64,000 nucleotides of DNA from an uncultured Methanosarcinales archaeon (lineage in GTDB: Archaea; Nanobdellota; Nanobdellia; Woesearchaeales; GW2011-AR9), in NCBI GenBank assembly GCA_964460605.1, contig CAYWPT010000001.1, positions 33,548 to 97,547 on the forward strand, given 5' to 3'. The translations under genes were made by a program, and so were the position numbers. The notes beneath the pieces are model-generated. The model searched no databases and had not been told where the DNA came from. It saw only the letters and a list, made by a program, of their open reading frames with translations. Shown in pieces: positions 60,314-64,000 of this stretch. Positions within the stretch are counted from its first letter, which is position 1. Each line of letters starts with the position of its first letter.

Positions 60314-60850
60314 ATGACGCCATTTATTGAGCTCATTAAAAGTTACTTTTACCAAATCATTGTAGGATTTATTATGCTCCTTATTGGTTTTGGATTAGGA
60401 GTATTAGCAAAAAAATTCAGTAAGAAAGGACTCAAAGAGTTAGGTTTTAATAGAATTCTAAGAATTATTAACCTTCCTTATAATGGAGAAGAAATTATCA
60501 GTTCTTTATTATCTTACATTATTTATTTGATCACTGTTATCTTTTTCCTACAACAATTAGGAATCACCAGTATTGTACTTTACTTAGTTTTAGGAGCTGT
60601 GCTTATGATTATCACTTTAAGCTTTGTAGTAGGACTTAAAGATGTGGTTCCAAACTTTATTGCAGGATTAATCATTAAGAGTAAAGAACATATGAAAGCG
60701 GGTCACAGAGTAGATGTGAAAGAGATCCATGGACGTATTGAAAAGATTGGTTATTTGGAAACTGAAATTAAAACAGTACATGGAGATATTTTGTATGTTC
60801 CGAACACTTTATTCATTAAATCAAAAGTATTGCTTAGAAAAAAGGATTAA
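60314..60850 (+). CDS. Short MscS-family channel protein
   Basis: LKDVVPNFIAGLII, G.VEKIG, YVPNT. Confidence 0.85.
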   Translation: MTPFIELIKSYFYQIIVGFIMLLIGFGLGVLAKKFSKKGLKELGFNRILRIINLPYNGEEIISSLLSYIIYLITVIFFLQQLGITSIVLYLVLGAVLMIITLSFVVGLKDVVPNFIAGLIIKSKEHMKAGHRVDVKEIHGRIEKIGYLETEIKTVHGDILYVPNTLFIKSKVLLRKKD

Positions 60851-61089
60851 GCACGCATTCCTTCTAAACTAGAAATAACATCCCATAACATTGTTTTAAT
60901 GTAAGAAGGTACGCCTTTGTTGTTGATATCTTCTAATTCTAAAATTGCTTTTTCAACACGTAAAGATTCTTCTTCTTCTTCTTTGAGAATTTTAACAACT
61001 TTATCAATATCTTCTTTTAGTTTTTTACTAGCATCTTGATCTTCTTTGATCATTTGTAATGCTTCAAAAATTTCTTCGTCAATTTGCAT
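60847..61089 (-). CDS. UPF0147-family protein
   Basis: LEDINNKGVPSYIKTMLWDVISSLE; follows prefoldin beta. Confidence 0.8.
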   Translation of the reverse strand: MQIDEEIFEALQMIKEDQDASKKLKEDIDKVVKILKEEEEESLRVEKAILELEDINNKGVPSYIKTMLWDVISSLEGMRA

Positions 61090-61090
61090 C

Positions 61091-61405
61091 TTATTTAATT
61101 TTCTTCTCTGGAATTGCATCTTTTTGCAAATCAGTGATAGATTTCTTTAAAGTTTCTTCTTGTTGCTCAATAGTCACTTTTCTTGTATCAAGAACTTTTT
61201 TTCTTTCCTCTAAATCTTTGATTAAACTTTCCTTATTTTTAGAGATCATTAATTTTCCCACAATTTTGTAAGTTTGAGTGCTTGATGGAAGTTCTTTTAG
61301 TGCAGAATCAAGTTCTAGAATTTCTTGCTGTACTTGCTGCTTTTGCATCATGTACTGCTGAAGATTTTGTTGCAATAATTGTAATTGCATAATACTATCT
61401 GACAT
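61091..61405 (-). CDS. pfdB: Prefoldin subunit beta
   Basis: Coiled coils flanking the YKIVGKLMI hairpin. Confidence 0.92.
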   Translation of the reverse strand: MSDSIMQLQLLQQNLQQYMMQKQQVQQEILELDSALKELPSSTQTYKIVGKLMISKNKESLIKDLEERKKVLDTRKVTIEQQEETLKKSITDLQKDAIPEKKIK

Positions 61406-61464
61406 ATTAAAAAATTCCCGTAATTTTTTATGTGCAAATAAGCCTTACCTGCTTATTTTGCATC

Positions 61465-61599
61465 TTATCTTGCTTTTACCTTAGCAGACGTTGATCTTGT
61501 CTTATGGACCATCTTGCCACCGCAGTAAGGGCATCTAACTCTTGTTGCAGTGTATTCTTCGTCCACTTTTTTGTCGCAATGAAAGCATTTATATTCCAT
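61465..61599 (-). CDS. rpoP: RNA polymerase subunit P (Rpo12), 44 aa, not in ORF track
   Basis: MEYKCFHCDKKV...RVRCPYCGGKMVHKTRSTSAKVKAR; directly after rpl37ae. Confidence 0.93.
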   Translation of the reverse strand: MEYKCFHCDKKVDEEYTATRVRCPYCGGKMVHKTRSTSAKVKAR

Positions 61600-61600
61600 T

Positions 61601-61798
61601 TTATTTAACTGTGTATGCCTTACCAGTAAACTTGTTCAAGCATTTTCTACATTCCCAAATTCCAACTGCTAATCTTTTAACAGCATCTTTGTTACAATGA
61701 GGACACTTATGTTTTCTCCTCTGTTCAGCTTCGATCTTAGCAAAAGACTTCTTAGGTCTTCTCCCATATCTTGCTCCAAATCTTTTTACTGATGACAT
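61601..61798 (-). CDS. rpl37ae: 50S ribosomal protein L37ae (eL43)
   Basis: RFGARYG, CPHC, GIWECRKC, FTGKAY. Confidence 0.96.
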   Translation of the reverse strand: MSSVKRFGARYGRRPKKSFAKIEAEQRRKHKCPHCNKDAVKRLAVGIWECRKCLNKFTGKAYTVK

Positions 61799-61820
61799 AT
61801 TTTTCTCCTTGAATATAAAA

Positions 61821-61934
61821 TGGTGGGGCTGCCCGGATTTGAACCGGGGTTATACGGTCCCAAACCGTAAGTGATAGATTGCCTAAAGGCATTTTAAGCG
61901 TAAAATAACCCTTACCAGGCTACACTACAGCTCC
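61821..61934 (-). tRNA. tRNA-Pro(TGG) with ~36-nt non-canonical D-loop intron (~61879-61914); CCA encoded
   Basis: GGAGCTG/CAGCCCC acceptor, TACGG-TTTGGGA-CCGTA, GGTTCAAATCC; removing the insert restores GTGTAGCCTGGTCTATCAC. Confidence 0.9.
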
Positions 61935-62027
61935 ACAATGATTCATTTATAAAGATTGTGTTGATTTTCTCTTGAAATCTTTATAATTCGACAGGAAGCC
62001 TTCCTGTTTAAAAGATTTATGGTAATT

Positions 62028-63062
62028 CTAGAGTCTTATGAGCCCTTTAGGGAATTTGGTCAGAATCTTAGGCTTTTTCTGAAAAGCTATAGTATCTTCT
62101 ATTCGAAAACCGAATTTTTTAGGAAAATAGACCCCTGGCTCTATTGTGTAGACATGATTTTGTTCTATTTTCGCTTTTGATCCTGGACTCACTCGTGGCG
62201 CTTCGTGCACTTCAACACCAATTCCATGCCCTAATGAATGGAAGAAGTAAGAGGAGTATTTTCCTAGATTTTTTCTAGTCGCTTTGTCCAATTCATTGTA
62301 GGATAATCCTTCTTTACTCATGTTGATAGCTTTTTGTTGTACTTCGTTGAGAAAATCCCATTTTTCTTTTTCTTCTTTGCCCAATTTTCCTACTGCTAAT
62401 ACTCTCGTCATATCAGAACAGTAGAGATTCCTTTTTGCTCCAATGTCAATTAAGAGAGTTCCTGTTTTGAGTTTGTTTTTTCCAGTAATATGGTGAGGAA
62501 TCGCAGCGTTTTGTTTACTCGCAACAATTGTTGGGAAGGATAATTCTGCCCCTTGCTCTTTGATGTAGCGTTCTAAGTGGAATGCAACACTTGATTCTGT
62601 TGTGAATTTTTTTGCTGAATAGGCATCAACAAAACTTTGTAGTGCATCATCTGCTATTTTACAAGCAGCTCTAATTTTTTTTATTTCTGCATCTGTTTTT
62701 ACAGCTCTTAGAACTGAGAGTTCTTCATGGAAATTGTGAATCTTCACTTTTGGATATAATTCTTTGACTGTATCTAGAAAAGCTGCAGTTAATGATTCTT
62801 TATTGATTGCAACATTTTTTACTTTAAGATTTTTGAATTTTGTTTTCCATTTTTTGTCTATTGTTTTAACAGTCATGCCTAAAACTTTGTCCACATGATC
62901 CAATTTTGAGATATAAAAATCAGCTTTACTTGGCGTTATTAAAAGAAATGAATAGCTCGTATCTTTTTGTGTAAGCCAAGTGATATGTGGGTCTGGATGT
63001 ACTAAGAATAATAAATCAATATTTTTCTTTCTGAGAATCTTCTGTACTTCCTTGAGTTTCAT
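62028..63062 (-). CDS. Xaa-Pro aminopeptidase (M24)
   Basis: PHH, DIGA..YCSDMTR, HSLGHGIGVEVHE, TIEPGVY, RIED. Confidence 0.95.
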   Translation of the reverse strand: MKLKEVQKILRKKNIDLLFLVHPDPHITWLTQKDTSYSFLLITPSKADFYISKLDHVDKVLGMTVKTIDKKWKTKFKNLKVKNVAINKESLTAAFLDTVKELYPKVKIHNFHEELSVLRAVKTDAEIKKIRAACKIADDALQSFVDAYSAKKFTTESSVAFHLERYIKEQGAELSFPTIVASKQNAAIPHHITGKNKLKTGTLLIDIGAKRNLYCSDMTRVLAVGKLGKEEKEKWDFLNEVQQKAINMSKEGLSYNELDKATRKNLGKYSSYFFHSLGHGIGVEVHEAPRVSPGSKAKIEQNHVYTIEPGVYFPKKFGFRIEDTIAFQKKPKILTKFPKGLIRL

Positions 63063-63172
63063 CTTCTTAGAGAATTATTTGATGTATATAAAGCTGAGTA
63101 TTCACAGGGTTAAGCCTATTTTATACGAATAAGAAAGCATTATATAGCTAAAAGATATAGTTTTTACTAATA

Positions 63173-64000
63173 ATGAAACGTTACATTTTGCCAAATGGTT
63201 TAACAGTACTCTACTCGAAAAAGAAAGGAAAAACAGCAGTAGTGCAAGCAATGGTCAAAGGCGGATCTGTAATTGAGAAGAAAGGGCAAAAAGGGATTTC
63301 ACATTTAATCGAACATTTAGCTTTAGAAGGTACTGAGAAAAGACCAAACGGGCAAAGTATAGCAAACGAGATTGAAAGTTTGGGTGGAGAGTTTAACGCT
63401 TACACCGCTTATTATCGTACAGCGTTTTATGCAAAGATTTTGAACAAACATTTTGACAAAGCTGTGGAAATTATAGCTGACGTTCTACAAAATCCATTAT
63501 TCCGAGAAAAGGATTTCAAAAGAGAACGAGGAGTTGTTCTCAAAGAAATTGATATGGTCTTTGATGATCCACGATATTATCAATGGGTCTTATTTCAAAG
63601 ATTAATGTACAAGAAGCACCCTTGTAAAACGCCAACCTATGGTGATAAAAAAGAATTGATGAAAATGACTAATGAAAATGTCAAAGAGTTCTTTTACAAA
63701 TATTATCATCCTAGCAATATGGTTATCTGCGTAGTAGGAGATTTACGTAATTGGAAACGAGTGGTTCGTAAATATTTTGGTAAGGTTAAGAAAAGAGATG
63801 TTACATTACCACGTATTGCTAAAGAGAAAGTTTCAGCTAAAAAAACAAGCCTAGTTGAGAAAAGAAAAACTGCTAACAGTTATTTAGTGATGGGTTTTCC
63901 TACAGTTACTCGTGATCATAAAGATAGTTACGTTTTAGATGTGATTCAAGGGATTTTAGGTCGTGGACAGAGTGGAAAAATCTTTGCTGAGCTTAGAGGT
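63173..64000 (+). CDS. M16-family (pitrilysin/insulinase) zinc peptidase, partial
   Basis: Hand translation MKRYILPNGLTV...GISHLIEHLALEGT (HxxEH), NAYT; runs off the window. Confidence 0.92.
   Translation, partial: MKRYILPNGLTVLYSKKKGKTAVVQAMVKGGSVIEKKGQKGISHLIEHLALEGTEKRPNGQSIANEIESLGGEFNAYTAYYRTAFYAKILNKHFDKAVEIIADVLQNPLFREKDFKRERGVVLKEIDMVFDDPRYYQWVLFQRLMYKKHPCKTPTYGDKKELMKMTNENVKEFFYKYYHPSNMVICVVGDLRNWKRVVRKYFGKVKKRDVTLPRIAKEKVSAKKTSLVEKRKTANSYLVMGFPTVTRDHKDSYVLDVIQGILGRGQSGKIFAELRG

Noticed and set aside
176..61271. Many short antisense or alternate-frame ORFs in the track (e.g. 3485-3682, 6630-6956, 26928-27245, 29564-29953, 37682-38047, 57154-57543)
   Set aside because: They lie within well-supported genes and show no motifs; shadow ORFs
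1..64000. CRISPR array, cas genes, rRNA, provirus
   Set aside because: No regularly spaced direct repeats, cas or viral motifs, or rRNA-like GC-rich stretch seen

Overview
AT-rich, gene-dense archaeal chromosome segment. The gene set is aRF1, Sec61beta, NAC, SecDF, PCNA, Hef, prefoldin beta, RpoP, L37ae, archaeal TrpRS and an archaeal RNase P RNA. Together with compact TATA-led promoters and many short hypotheticals, this points to a DPANN lineage, most likely Woesearchaeota (inference). The window holds a complete A/V-type ATP synthase operon with a Na+-type c subunit, a lone gyrA next to scpB, a ZIP/Fur pair with a Fur box, a DsbA/VKOR cluster and an AsnB-Dph6 fusion. There are four tRNAs: Cys, Arg with a canonical intron, Leu, and Pro with a non-canonical D-loop intron. 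Mobile or decayed DNA includes an IS5-like element with a split transposase, a stop-interrupted LAGLIDADG gene between two tRNAs, and two frameshifted genes. The strongest unexplained signal is a dispersed family of ~30-bp palindromes (GGcTtCCAGAAATC-nnn-GATTTCTGATAGCC-like). Copies sit in gene leaders and, in degenerate form, inside the RNase P RNA. Several small ORFs missed by the ORF track were read by hand. All calls come from motifs read by eye; no database searches were run.
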